The notes under the pieces were generated by a model. The model ran no database searches. It was given only the letters and a program-made list of their open reading frames with translations, and had not been told where the DNA came from. The translations under genes were made by a program, and so were the position numbers. 26,586 nt of DNA from a virus (Duplodnaviria; Caudoviricetes), in the IMG/VR virus record IMGVR_UViG_3300017774_008677, positions 1 to 26,586 of that record, one strand, 5' to 3'. How positions within the stretch are numbered: the first letter of the stretch is position 1; every line of letters starts with the position of its first letter. This document shows, piece after piece, positions 1 to 9,209 of the stretch.

Positions 1-1683
1 GTATATAGTACCTAGTCCGGCCTCTACAACAACATCTATATCATATATATCCTCATTTCTTACCCCATCCAACGCTCTATCAAGTTTGGTTGGGATACTG
101 CCCATATCCTTTGTAGTAGCTTTTGTGCTATTAAACGTACCTAAGCTATAGATATTATCTGCGTATCCGATAGTGCTTACTAATGCCGATGTTAGAGCGC
201 TATTTACTCCTGTTATATTAACCGGAATTGTACCGGACACGAGTTGATTTGATAGAACTCTGACCTTCTTAAGAGGCACACCATTAACAATGGATGTAAC
301 ATCGTTTCTGTTAGATAAGAAATCATTGACATAGATCTCAACATTTCGTGAAAATGAGTCTGTGTTTTCTATGAAATAATTTACTGCAGGACCACCAAGA
401 GCACTATTTATATTTCTGTGATAATCTATCGATCCTACAATACCATCCTCGATAACATAATCCAGCTTGAAGGCCTCTGTAGAGTAGACTGACTTTCTAA
501 GTTTAAATACTCCGACACTGAGTAAATCATCATCATCTCTGCCGGAAATATCGTAGTCAGCTATATTCTCCATTACTTGAGATATACTACCGAAAGATCC
601 ATTTAAGAAATTAGAGCATAGGCTAAATCCAAGCGATCCACTAGGAATATTTATATATGTTGATGTAGCACCTGTTAGCGTACTATTAATTGTTCTCGCG
701 CCTATTATACCATTATAAATGGTGCCTGGATTAATATTAGTATTATCCGTTAAACCAACATAATAACCTTCAAATTGACTGTTAATGGTTGTTTGAGCCT
801 TATTGAGAACAATAACACCTGCACCACCAAACGCGCTAACTGAGCTAAAAGCAGATGTAGCGGATGCTACAGAGCTCCATGTATATCCAGATCCATCAAC
901 TATTGATTGATATTGATTAGGACTTAAATCAATATGCACCGGGCTTCCTAATACATAAGTACCTTCTGTTTGGTTGAGATTAGTAGAAATACCCTGTACT
1001 AAAGTATAGGTGTGTCCTGTCGGTATATTTGCAAACGAAAAGCTACTGTCTACAGGTAGATTAGCAGATGCGGTATATGTTAACGATGTACCGGTTGATA
1101 AGAATACCGCAGTTGTATCCTGAGCTTTTATAGCAGTCGATATAGCATTAATAAGAGTTGAGGTACTAAATGGGCTAGCAGTTGTGAAGTCTACATAATC
1201 GCTAAATGATCCGACTAGAGGATTAAATGTAGTACCGCTAAACCCAAATGATTTTGTTGATCCATTAGATAGTGTTAAGCTAAAGTCTTTTGCAGATAAG
1301 TTTTGCGCAGTAGTACTGGTAAGGTCAAAAGTATATCCTTGTATAGGAGTTACAAATCTAACTGGATAGACTAGTGCTGAATAGCTCTGACCAAATCCAT
1401 CACCTGAACTAAGACCATATGGTAGTCTTGTTGTATATATATTTGCTGAAGAATTAAGTAATTCTCTTACAGTATAATAAAAATAACGCTCCGCAGCAGT
1501 CGATGGAGTACCATATATCAGATCGAGACCTTCCCGAGATGAGATTTGGATAACTTCATCTGTTGGTCCTTGGCTTGCAAAGCCTGTAACGAATACATTC
1601 GTACCAATATTTTGTGGAGCTATTAATGATAAATCTGTCTCTCTAATCTCCACTCCAGGAGATTTAATTGTTAGTGTTGCCAT
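1..1683 (-). CDS. Tail sheath protein (T4 gp18-like), runs off the window edge
   Basis: Not in the ORF track. ATG at 1683 reads MATLTIKSPGVEIRETDLS...TGFASQGPTDEVIQISS...IYGTP, the SPGVxxxExD / GPxxE N-terminus of contractile sheaths. The same frame reads RNEDIYDIDVVVEAGLGTIY at the window edge (ends checked, not every codon). Confidence 0.93.
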   Translation of the reverse strand, partial: MATLTIKSPGVEIRETDLSLIAPQNIGTNVFVTGFASQGPTDEVIQISSREGLDLIYGTPSTAAERYFYYTVRELLNSSANIYTTRLPYGLSSGDGFGQSYSALVYPVRFVTPIQGYTFDLTSTTAQNLSAKDFSLTLSNGSTKSFGFSGTTFNPLVGSFSDYVDFTTASPFSTSTLINAISTAIKAQDTTAVFLSTGTSLTYTASANLPVDSSFSFANIPTGHTYTLVQGISTNLNQTEGTYVLGSPVHIDLSPNQYQSIVDGSGYTWSSVASATSAFSSVSAFGGAGVIVLNKAQTTINSQFEGYYVGLTDNTNINPGTIYNGIIGARTINSTLTGATSTYINIPSGSLGFSLCSNFLNGSFGSISQVMENIADYDISGRDDDDLLSVGVFKLRKSVYSTEAFKLDYVIEDGIVGSIDYHRNINSALGGPAVNYFIENTDSFSRNVEIYVNDFLSNRNDVTSIVNGVPLKKVRVLSNQLVSGTIPVNITGVNSALTSALVSTIGYADNIYSLGTFNSTKATTKDMGSIPTKLDRALDGVRNEDIYDIDVVVEAGLGTIY

Positions 1684-1688
1684 ATATG

Positions 1689-1696
1689 TATTTATG
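1689..1696 (-). promoter_or_regulatory. Late-type promoter CATAAATA, 5 nt before the sheath ATG
   Basis: Minus strand CATAAATA-CATAT-ATG; resembles the T4 late consensus TATAAATA. Confidence 0.7.
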
Positions 1697-1724
1697 CTTT
1701 TTTGAGCAATTTTTAGTAATGGTA

Positions 1725-2300
1725 TTAAAGTAACTCTACATGAAGCTGGGAGTATACAAATACAAACCCACTTACTATTTCCTCTCCCCCTTGATAGTTG
1801 TAGTCTATTGTATCAACTGAGGTTGGAAAAGCCTTGGTATATGTAAACTTAATAACCTTGTTATCAAATTCATCTAACCCGAAAATAGTTAGGTTAGCTT
1901 GATAATCATCAAAATTCTTATCAACTACGATATTACTAGCATTATATCTACCTTCCCGTTCATCATGAAGAAGATTCAACCACTGATATATGGTCCAGTA
2001 ATTAGTATATTGACTATCAATAGCAAATTTAACATTTACGGGAGGATATGAGTTTTTAGAGTTAGATGATACATATAGAGTATTACCTGCATATCTATTT
2101 TCGATTGCTGGTACCGTAATCTCAGGAACAACAGTCCCAAATATTGAAAACTGTACAGAATCCGGCACAACTCTTTTTGTATCTTTATCGCTATTAAATA
2201 CTCTTGAAAAAGTCTTAAGAATTGGCGGCACATCAAAGACGAGTAAGAATTTATCATTTCTAGCTTTATTAAGAATTGATTGCTGATTAACATTACTCAT
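1725..2300 (-). CDS. Tail-tube-fold protein, likely gp3-like tail completion/terminator
   Basis: Pattern F-x-I-D-x-x-Y-x-N-Y-x-x-I-Y-x-W ... FTYTKAFPTS ... F-x-Y as in the T4 gp3/gp19 family; adjacent to sheath; 8-nt ATGAGTAA overlap with terL-C. Confidence 0.7.
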   Translation of the reverse strand: MSNVNQQSILNKARNDKFLLVFDVPPILKTFSRVFNSDKDTKRVVPDSVQFSIFGTVVPEITVPAIENRYAGNTLYVSSNSKNSYPPVNVKFAIDSQYTNYWTIYQWLNLLHDEREGRYNASNIVVDKNFDDYQANLTIFGLDEFDNKVIKFTYTKAFPTSVDTIDYNYQGGEEIVSGFVFVYSQLHVELL

Positions 2301-3519
2301 ATATGCTCCACCCTTCTTGTTTTAGAAAATCTATTTCGGCTATTTGATCTGTATTACCCATGCCAAATACAATAGGGGTAATATACGTATTATTTAGGCC
2401 CATTACTTCAAAATCGTTATATATAGATGTTGGCTCTTCAAACATAGCAACCCCAAAATCTACAGGTTCAATAGAGCAAGGTTTTCCATGATCATCTAGT
2501 TCTAAAATATCAAAGTATCTTTCTGTTATTTCTTTTTCAAGAATAAACAAACTATACATTAAGGACATAACTCTGTCATCATGATAACCGCCCTTAGCCT
2601 TCCAAGAACCATTAGGGTATCTAACAAAGTCTTTCAACTCTTTTAGAGTTTCAATATCTACAATAGTAACTGCTCGAATCTCATTTAAAAAATACCTCAT
2701 ATTCATAACACCTTTGTATTTGGTATTAGTGTGTGCTATCATACCCATCTGAGACTTAGATCTATTTGCTACCTTTGCGCCATACGATACTACCTTCTCG
2801 TACCCCATATCAAACGCTAATCTATCCACAACTTGTGCACCACAGTTATTGCGCTCGATTAAAGCTAGTGGCGATCCCCAGTTTTTTAAGACTGTATATA
2901 CTTTATTAGCAAACTCTAGTGGAGGTATGTTTCTATTATGATATACAGCTACCTGCCTTATATCCTTTAAATCAGTAATATCAAGCATCTGTATAACTGA
3001 AGCATCTATGCCTACCCCCTCAGATATATCTACACCTGCAACATAAACTCGAGTTGAGTCTGGCTCTTCCCAGATCTTATAATTCCCTTCTTCTAATATT
3101 ATTTTAGGATCCTTACACTGCTGAGACATCTCAGCAAATAATTCTTCATTAATAGACGATTCGCCTGAATTAACAAATATGCAATTATGCGATAAAATAC
3201 CATTGGTGTAATAAGCTACTGTAGTTTCAACATCTACTAAATCATAAACATCTATATTTCCTATATCTATAATACGATCTATTTCTACCCAACCATCTTC
3301 ATGATGAAAAACTTTATCACCAGGTTTAAAGTTACACACTAACTCGAAGGTATATTTATGTACATCAGTGCAAAGAGGGTGAGTATTAGAACATCGCAAA
3401 ACTGTTCCGTTTTTTAAATAAACCTCGCAACCTGGTTTATTTAATTTTTGCACTCCGAGAAAGCCTTTATAACCATCTGGAGTTAATACTTTGTAATTTT
3501 TAGTATTTAATTTAAACAT
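2293..3519 (-). CDS. terL: Large terminase C-terminal (nuclease) fragment with N-terminal split-intein IntC
   Basis: Probable start ATG 3519 (MFKLNTKNYK). About 112 aa of intein ending VYDL...YYTNGILSHN/C, then RNase-H-like nuclease motifs VAGVDISEG, IERNN, HDDRVMSL. Confidence 0.92.
   Translation of the reverse strand: MFKLNTKNYKVLTPDGYKGFLGVQKLNKPGCEVYLKNGTVLRCSNTHPLCTDVHKYTFELVCNFKPGDKVFHHEDGWVEIDRIIDIGNIDVYDLVDVETTVAYYTNGILSHNCIFVNSGESSINEELFAEMSQQCKDPKIILEEGNYKIWEEPDSTRVYVAGVDISEGVGIDASVIQMLDITDLKDIRQVAVYHNRNIPPLEFANKVYTVLKNWGSPLALIERNNCGAQVVDRLAFDMGYEKVVSYGAKVANRSKSQMGMIAHTNTKYKGVMNMRYFLNEIRAVTIVDIETLKELKDFVRYPNGSWKAKGGYHDDRVMSLMYSLFILEKEITERYFDILELDDHGKPCSIEPVDFGVAMFEEPTSIYNDFEVMGLNNTYITPIVFGMGNTDQIAEIDFLKQEGWSIYE
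3184..3519 (-). mobile_element. Split intein IntC fragment (112 aa)
   Basis: Block B-like CSNTHP, block F VYDL, block G SHN followed by Cys+1 (3181-3183); no homing endonuclease. Confidence 0.92.
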
Positions 3520-4420
3520 ACTTGTAATATTCCATTTCATTAAAAACATCAATAAGCTGCATCATGCCCTTATGTTCAATATCTATAAGAGTTTCTGCAC
3601 CACAACTGCAAAACTCTTGTAACCAGGCTTCAGTTGATCCTAGTGCTTGTCTAGTAATAGAAGCCCACTTTTCATCTCTTCCTGGAACCTCATCCCACAT
3701 GATCTTATCATACCCCCACCCATTCTCTTCCTTCTCAGCCCCATCATATATTTTATGAAACAAGTTATCAGTACCATTTGCAGTAGAGCATATAAAAACT
3801 TTAGATTTTTTAGATGATGTAATAATAGGGAAAACCGATCTCCAGAATTCTTCTACAAGGTGTGATTCGATGAACGCGCACTCGTCAATAATCAGTAGAT
3901 TAACAGACTGACCACGAGCAGCAGTACCTGTAGTCGTGGTAATACCAATTCTACTACCATTATCCAGTGTCATAGAAGTCTTACCATATTCTTTAACACC
4001 TGGTTTTAACCATATAGGTAGTTCTTCGAATGCCATTCTAACGCGTTGAAAGATCTCAATTGCAGTCGATTCTTTGTTAGCTACTAGCAAGATTCTTTGA
4101 TCATTCATAAAGCATGCATACCAAAGCATGTAAATAGTCATAATCGTGCTCTTACCAATCTGTCTAGAAGCTAAAAGAATAAAAAATCTATTATCTCTCA
4201 TCTTACGTATAACTCTCTTTTGGCAAGAATGAAGTTTAATTTTTTCACGCCCTCTATCTAGGTTAATAATATGAAAGAAGCTCTCCGCAAAATAAAGAAT
4301 ATTATCTTTGGCTTTCTCAAGCTCTTTTATCATCCATGGTTCATAAGCTATAACAGCATCAGCCGCTGGTAGGTTGGGGTTACCTAAATAAAATTCAGTT
4401 TTATTAGTTTTTTTAGACAT
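3512..4420 (-). CDS. terL: Large terminase N-terminal (ATPase) fragment with C-terminal short IntN
   Basis: YLGNPNL N-terminus, Walker A SRQIGKST, Walker B LLIIDE, coupling motif STANG; ends QEFC-SCGAETLIDIE...stop. Confidence 0.95.
   Translation of the reverse strand: MSKKTNKTEFYLGNPNLPAADAVIAYEPWMIKELEKAKDNILYFAESFFHIINLDRGREKIKLHSCQKRVIRKMRDNRFFILLASRQIGKSTIMTIYMLWYACFMNDQRILLVANKESTAIEIFQRVRMAFEELPIWLKPGVKEYGKTSMTLDNGSRIGITTTTGTAARGQSVNLLIIDECAFIESHLVEEFWRSVFPIITSSKKSKVFICSTANGTDNLFHKIYDGAEKEENGWGYDKIMWDEVPGRDEKWASITRQALGSTEAWLQEFCSCGAETLIDIEHKGMMQLIDVFNEMEYYKYV
3515..3607 (-). mobile_element. Split intein IntN fragment (31 aa)
   Basis: SCGAETLI fits block A (S/C-x-x-x-D/E-T-x-I/V), followed by G-x-x-x-L-x-D-V-F and a stop overlapping the IntC ATG (ATGTTTAA). 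Confidence 0.88.
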
Positions 4421-4489
4421 TCTATGTTATTATATATATTCATAAATAGTTTTATTAAATTAGTTTTTTAATATATATTATACTATTGA

Positions 4490-4497
4490 CATAAATA
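4490..4497 (+). promoter_or_regulatory. Late-type promoter CATAAATA
   Basis: CATAAATA-TAAAC-ATG(4503). Confidence 0.7.
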
Positions 4498-4502
4498 TAA
4501 AC

Positions 4503-5408
4503 ATGGGTAATAAAAATGACTTCACAAAAATCGGGGATGTTTATGGGGGAATGTTAAATAACATGAAGCATAATCTTATAGCAGAAGGCAAAATTGGACC
4601 AGCGGTAAAGGTAGGGGAAATAGGTCAAGCTCCACTTATTAAAGGAGGCCCACAAGAAACTGCAGGTTATGTTCCAGCTAAAATTGACAGAAATAAAATG
4701 TCTAACAAGGAATTAAAGGATAATCTTTATAACATAAAAACATTATCGCAACCAGAAAATCTTGAAGAGGAGGAAGAGGATAAGAAAGCTCCTAAAAAAG
4801 CTCCTAAAAAAGGTACCAATAAAATTGCTAAGAAAAGTGGAAAAATAGTTAGAGAGAGCATAAATAATTTTATGAGAAACAAATCAATTTTTGATAAGTT
4901 ATATGAAAACGTAATGGCTCCCGGGTCCCAAATGGGTGATGGAGAAATGGAAGAGACAGATGAACTCGACGCATTAGGAATCGACACAGAAGATGATTCT
5001 GCAGAAGACGAAGTTACATTCACTCTTGACCGTGAAACTGCACAGAAGCTCCACGATGTATTAATGGCTCAGCTAGGTGATAGTGAAGTCGAGGAAGTCG
5101 AAGATGCAGGAGATGATTTAGGAGATGAAGATTATGAAACCATGGAACAAGACGAACAAGGCTTCTATGATGAAGATGAAGAAGATCTTGGACACGCTGG
5201 TGTAAATGCAAAAGAGCCTAATATGGGCAAAAACAATAAAGTTGGTAATCTCAAGCCACAATCTGGCGGTGCTACATCAGCTTATACTAACAAGGTTGGT
5301 AATGATGGTGACCATGGTCATGCTCTTGTTAATGCTAAGCAACCTAATATGGGTACAAACAATAAAGTTGGCAGACTTAAGACTGGTAAGTCTTTGTTCG
5401 AACAATAA
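4503..5408 (+). CDS. Acidic low-complexity protein, possibly prohead core/internal virion protein
   Basis: 301-aa ORF with D/E-rich tracts and several [ILV]-x-E sites; late-type promoter upstream, terminator downstream. Function inferred. Confidence 0.55.
   Translation: MGNKNDFTKIGDVYGGMLNNMKHNLIAEGKIGPAVKVGEIGQAPLIKGGPQETAGYVPAKIDRNKMSNKELKDNLYNIKTLSQPENLEEEEEDKKAPKKAPKKGTNKIAKKSGKIVRESINNFMRNKSIFDKLYENVMAPGSQMGDGEMEETDELDALGIDTEDDSAEDEVTFTLDRETAQKLHDVLMAQLGDSEVEEVEDAGDDLGDEDYETMEQDEQGFYDEDEEDLGHAGVNAKEPNMGKNNKVGNLKPQSGGATSAYTNKVGNDGDHGHALVNAKQPNMGTNNKVGRLKTGKSLFEQ
4859..4866 (+). promoter_or_regulatory. Intragenic late-type promoter CATAAATA before in-frame ATG 4872
   Basis: CATAAATA-ATTTT-ATG, the same geometry as gene-start copies. 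Confidence 0.55.
5190..5381 (+). repeat. Intragenic 22-aa duplication
   Basis: GHAGVNAKEPNMGKNNKVGNLK (5190-5255) and GHALVNAKQPNMGTNNKVGRLK (5316-5381). Confidence 0.9.
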
Positions 5409-5426
5409 AATCTAACTAGAATAATT

Positions 5427-5462
5427 AAAGCCCAGTAGCTTTTAAGGCTACTGGGCTTTTTT
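5427..5462 (+). terminator. Rho-independent terminator
   Basis: AAAGCCCAGTAGC-TTTTAAG-GCTACTGGGCTTT, 13-bp stem running into a T tract. Confidence 0.9.
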
Positions 5463-5463
5463 G

Positions 5464-5471
5464 TATAAATA
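5464..5471 (+). promoter_or_regulatory. Exact T4 late consensus TATAAATA
   Basis: TATAAATA-ATAGT-ATG(5477), directly after a terminator. Confidence 0.8.
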
Positions 5472-5476
5472 ATAGT

Positions 5477-5848
5477 ATGATTAGCTTTAAGAAATATCTG
5501 ATAGAATATGCTACTAGGCAAAATAGTCAGATGTTTGGTATAACTAAGATTAAAGCAGGTATTAACGGTAAATTAATAGATGACCCGTATAATCGTAAAC
5601 ACAAGAATGCCTATAAGCAAAATTACACCCACAAACACCCTGTAATTGATAATATATGCTCTGGTAAAGCAAATAATGTTCGAATGACCGGACAGCCACT
5701 AATATCAATTCTTTCATTATATGATACCAAATTTGAACCAGGGATTAAAACTTTAGGAAATTCAGATGTTGAAGTAGAGATGTTTGAAGACGAAGAAGGT
5801 CTATGTCAGGGAATATTAAGATCTAAAAAGAAAAACAATGGCTTGTAA
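5477..5848 (+). CDS. Hypothetical protein with capsid-targeting-like N-terminus
   Basis: MISFKKYLIE resembles the T4 internal-protein CTS MKTYQEFIAE. Confidence 0.6.
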   Translation: MISFKKYLIEYATRQNSQMFGITKIKAGINGKLIDDPYNRKHKNAYKQNYTHKHPVIDNICSGKANNVRMTGQPLISILSLYDTKFEPGIKTLGNSDVEVEMFEDEEGLCQGILRSKKKNNGL

Positions 5849-6614
5849 TAATAATAGAATAGAGTGTACTCCAGCTAGCGTGTTCGCAGCTGTAGCAAAT
5901 CCTGCTTGTGGTCAATTCTTTAATCCGGTAAATTTTCAAGCCGAACAACTGATGTATGATTTGGCATTTAATGATCTAATTAATAATTTTGGTGTACCTA
6001 TTAATTATTATGTAAATACATTTAATTTATCTACTGCAGATCTATTATATGGTGAGGCGCCTACACAAAAATATTTTGGACCTGTAGAGCTACAAATGTA
6101 TATTGAGCTATCTGAAAATGCTATAAATATATCTAAATTTGGGTTTGCGAGTGACGATGAACTAACAGGATATCTTCATATTAATACATTTACTGTTACA
6201 CTAAGCAGCCTAGTAAACTATTCTTCTTTTAGTCAAGTAGTAGAGCCAAAATCCGGAGATATTATAGAACTAACAGCTCTTGGATGCGATAGACCTAATG
6301 GTAGGGGTTCTAAGTTTTTTGAAATAAGTGAGAGAGTAGATCAAGACGTAGCTCAGTTAAACCCTCTTTTAGGTCATTATGTTTATAGAGTTAAAGCTAA
6401 GAGATACGAGTCCTCTTTCGAGCCTGGATTATCTGGAGAGAAGCAAAATCAACAAGTATTCGAAAATTCATTTTCAGGTGTTATATCTTCTAATATACCC
6501 GGTGTAAGTGCTTCCCCGGTTAAGTCATATAATTTTGATATTGATAATGAATCAATAACTAAAGTATTAGATATGTCTGTAAACAATACTGATATATACG
6601 GTACTTATTATTAG
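5838..6614 (+). CDS. Neck protein (T4 gp14-like)
   Basis: LYGE...F, SKFG...DE, EPKSGDII, FFEI...V, YVYRVKAKRY motif series typical of gp14. Confidence 0.8.
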   Translation: MACNNNRIECTPASVFAAVANPACGQFFNPVNFQAEQLMYDLAFNDLINNFGVPINYYVNTFNLSTADLLYGEAPTQKYFGPVELQMYIELSENAINISKFGFASDDELTGYLHINTFTVTLSSLVNYSSFSQVVEPKSGDIIELTALGCDRPNGRGSKFFEISERVDQDVAQLNPLLGHYVYRVKAKRYESSFEPGLSGEKQNQQVFENSFSGVISSNIPGVSASPVKSYNFDIDNESITKVLDMSVNNTDIYGTYY

Positions 6615-6639
6615 TAGGTTAGATTATTATATTATATAT

Positions 6640-8764
6640 CTAACTATTATCAAAGTTAGCATATATATCTAAATCAGCTTGGGTAATAAGATTTAAAGTA
6701 ACCGAACTTCCTTCAAGTAAATCGACAGTTGATTGAATATCTTGATAGTAATATCCAACTGCAGGTCCGCTAGTTGTAGAGAACCATCCTCCTATAAGAA
6801 CAGGCTTATTATTTATAAAGGTAAATCCTGGATGACCGCTATCACCTGTTGTAACACCTCTCTCAGATAAAACTGTAGAGTATGTAGAGTCAAAATTTAT
6901 TGTATCGTAAGTGTAATTAGATGAACTAAACCTAAACATACGTGGTGTAATATCATAAAATTGACCAAAAACAAATCCAGGAAGGTACTTAGCAATTTTT
7001 GTAGCAGAATTAGAAACGTTTAAAGATTGGGGTAAAATATACATCCCTGGGAAAGCGCTTATCGGTAAGGGGGTTTGAAACTTTACTATTCGTATATCAG
7101 ACCCCAACACCTTTCTTGCAGTTATAGCAGTTACTGTAGTCGCAATGCCAGTATCAGTATTAAAGAAACTAGTATTGTATGGAAAAGTCTTGCCGTATAC
7201 CCAGTGATCTGCGGTATAAGCGTACCGCGGATGTATAAGAGTATAAGGCATTGAACCATCGGCAAACGGGCCCTGATAAACAGCCATTCTACTGATATTA
7301 TTAAGAATAGATAGAGGCCATGTATATGTTGAGTTTTTATTTAATTTAAAATTAGGATTTATGCTCCGGACGCCTGTAACAGGTCTATAAAAAGTCCACG
7401 GCTGTACTTTACCAGATAATGGTTCAGTTAATATTCGTGTTTGATAAGCAAATAAAGTATTAGGATTTGTAGCACTTATTTGATAAAGACTAGTTGAATT
7501 GGGATTATCTCGTAGAAATTTATGAAATATCTCTGCAGGTATTAATTCGCTAGTAACCAAACATTGTTTTAATTTCGTGGTGTTATAGAAATCTTTGGCA
7601 TCGGTAGTTAGTATATCAACAAGTGTACTAGACTTAGCAGTAACAAAACTCAAGTTTTGCATATAATTATCATTATCATTATTTTTATAAATATTCTTAA
7701 ATGCTTTATCTAGACTTATTTGCTTGAACGAGCTTAGAGTATTAAAATTAATACCTGCGGCTGAAGCCTCAGACGTGAACTGGCCCCAGCCACCATACTC
7801 AAGATATGGGGTAGCATAGCTTATAGGCGCAGTAGATACCATATTGTTTAGTGTAAAAAACGTACCACCGCTAGAATTTTTTAAATCAGTAAAAAGCTGA
7901 TCTCTACCAGGATATTTTATATCTAAACTCTCAAGATTTAAGGTGGTCTCGTAGGAGAGATTTAAAACAACCTGAACAATTTTAGTATTTATAGGATTAT
8001 CAGGGTAAATAGTCTCTCTACTATTTGAATAAGCTGTCAGCTCTTTACCAACAACCGTAATATTTTTAATATTGTTGTTTCCTTCAATAGTTATGTTAAA
8101 TATATTTGTATCAACAAAATTAAATTCACCTGGATAATCACCCCTACAGCTCAAGACTAAATTAACAGAAGAGAGATTCGGGTTATTGCGTATGGTTATA
8201 TTTCTCTCAGGGTAGTAACCATAGTTATTAACATCGGTTACCCTAAAACTACGATATCCCATATTAAGAGTATTAAGATAGTTGTTTCCTGAAACCGTTA
8301 GCGAGTTTGTTCCCATGAAGTCAAAATAAGCTTTTGACGAGGGATAATTATAAGCACTTTGTACAGGTATGAGGGTAGTATCAGGAAAGTCTACCTCGAT
8401 TAACTTAAAAGGTGAGTCTATTATTTTAAGTTCGCTAATAAAATCTCGACAATTAAATCCCATTCTTGAAATTCCACTCAATTGAAAAGTGTTAATGTAT
8501 TGATCTACTATATTGTAGGATGATAGGCTTATATTTTGAAACCAATAATCAAGAGGTATATAATTTAATACGTCTTTTTTAGATACAGGTACATTTTTTA
8601 GTTTGTAAGACGAAAGAACTACATTTCCTCCATCTATTTCGAGAATATAGTCAGCAGACAGAGGTGTACTTTTAATTAAAGAGGAAACTCCAGATAGAGC
8701 TAGATTATAATATTCATTGCTAACTGGAGCAAATTCAACCCCTACTGAACTAAGGAAAAAAAAA
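6640..8764 (-). CDS. Trypsin-like serine protease-domain protein; frame open upstream to the T9 run, probably the C-terminal part of a frameshifted 6640-9209 gene
   Basis: Catalytic triad motifs TLIHPRYAYTADH, DIRIVKF, GDSGHP. The frame has no stop from 8784 to 6643 and no ATG in the roughly 100 codons above the TTG called at 8481. Confidence 0.78.
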
Positions 8765-9209
8765 CTGGTGAAACAAGAAATTGATTATTAGCAGTTCGCT
8801 TAATATTAATCGATGCACCTTTTGTTATTGTAGTATCGATATTATTAATACTAATAATAGATCCAGTTGTATAAGTTGGCTCGAATTTTATTGTAATAGA
8901 ACCGAAATTAAGCTGTGAAAAGGTACAAGAAAAATTATCAATATTAGCGCTCTCTGTAATAAAGGCAGTAATGTTATTTGTTAATGAATATAAAAATTGT
9001 TTTCTGGTATCACCGGCAGATATATTATGATTACTAGTAATTATGGGGCCGATTTCTATATCAACTGCTAAAGCCCCTGATAAAAAATTAACTAAGGAAC
9101 TAAGAGAGCCAGCTCTAGTTTCGGTAGATTGAACCATTGGTATGAGTTCGTTGCCTCCATATGGTAGAGTTATATTAGGAAGTTCAGAAATTTTAATACC
9201 ATCGGCCAT
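8742..9209 (-). CDS. Virion-anchor-like protein (MADGIKISELP...), N-terminal part of the putative frameshift fusion
   Basis: First 53 aa nearly identical to the 802-aa fibre; ends PVFFSLVQ* just after the T9 run. Confidence 0.75.
   Translation of the reverse strand: MADGIKISELPNITLPYGGNELIPMVQSTETRAGSLSSLVNFLSGALAVDIEIGPIITSNHNISAGDTRKQFLYSLTNNITAFITESANIDNFSCTFSQLNFGSITIKFEPTYTTGSIISINNIDTTITKGASINIKRTANNQFLVSPVFFSLVQ
8756..8764 (-). other. T9 homopolymer / slippery site
   Basis: Minus strand CCA GTT TTT TTT TCC; the -1 frame continues TTC CTT AGT TCA GTA GGG into the protease ORF. Confidence 0.65.

Noticed and set aside
3512-3552. terL as a frameshifted pseudogene, or start at 3552
   Set aside because: The break falls where known atypical TerL inteins split, and ATG 3519 overlaps the upstream stop.
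8479-8481. TTG as the true protease start
   Set aside because: No promoter motif or coupling there, and the frame stays open about 100 codons upstream; not fully excluded.
8700-8744. TAG readthrough or recoded genetic code linking anchor and protease
   Set aside because: The protease is in a different frame, frame 0 meets another TAG after 13 codons, and other genes are intact under code 11.
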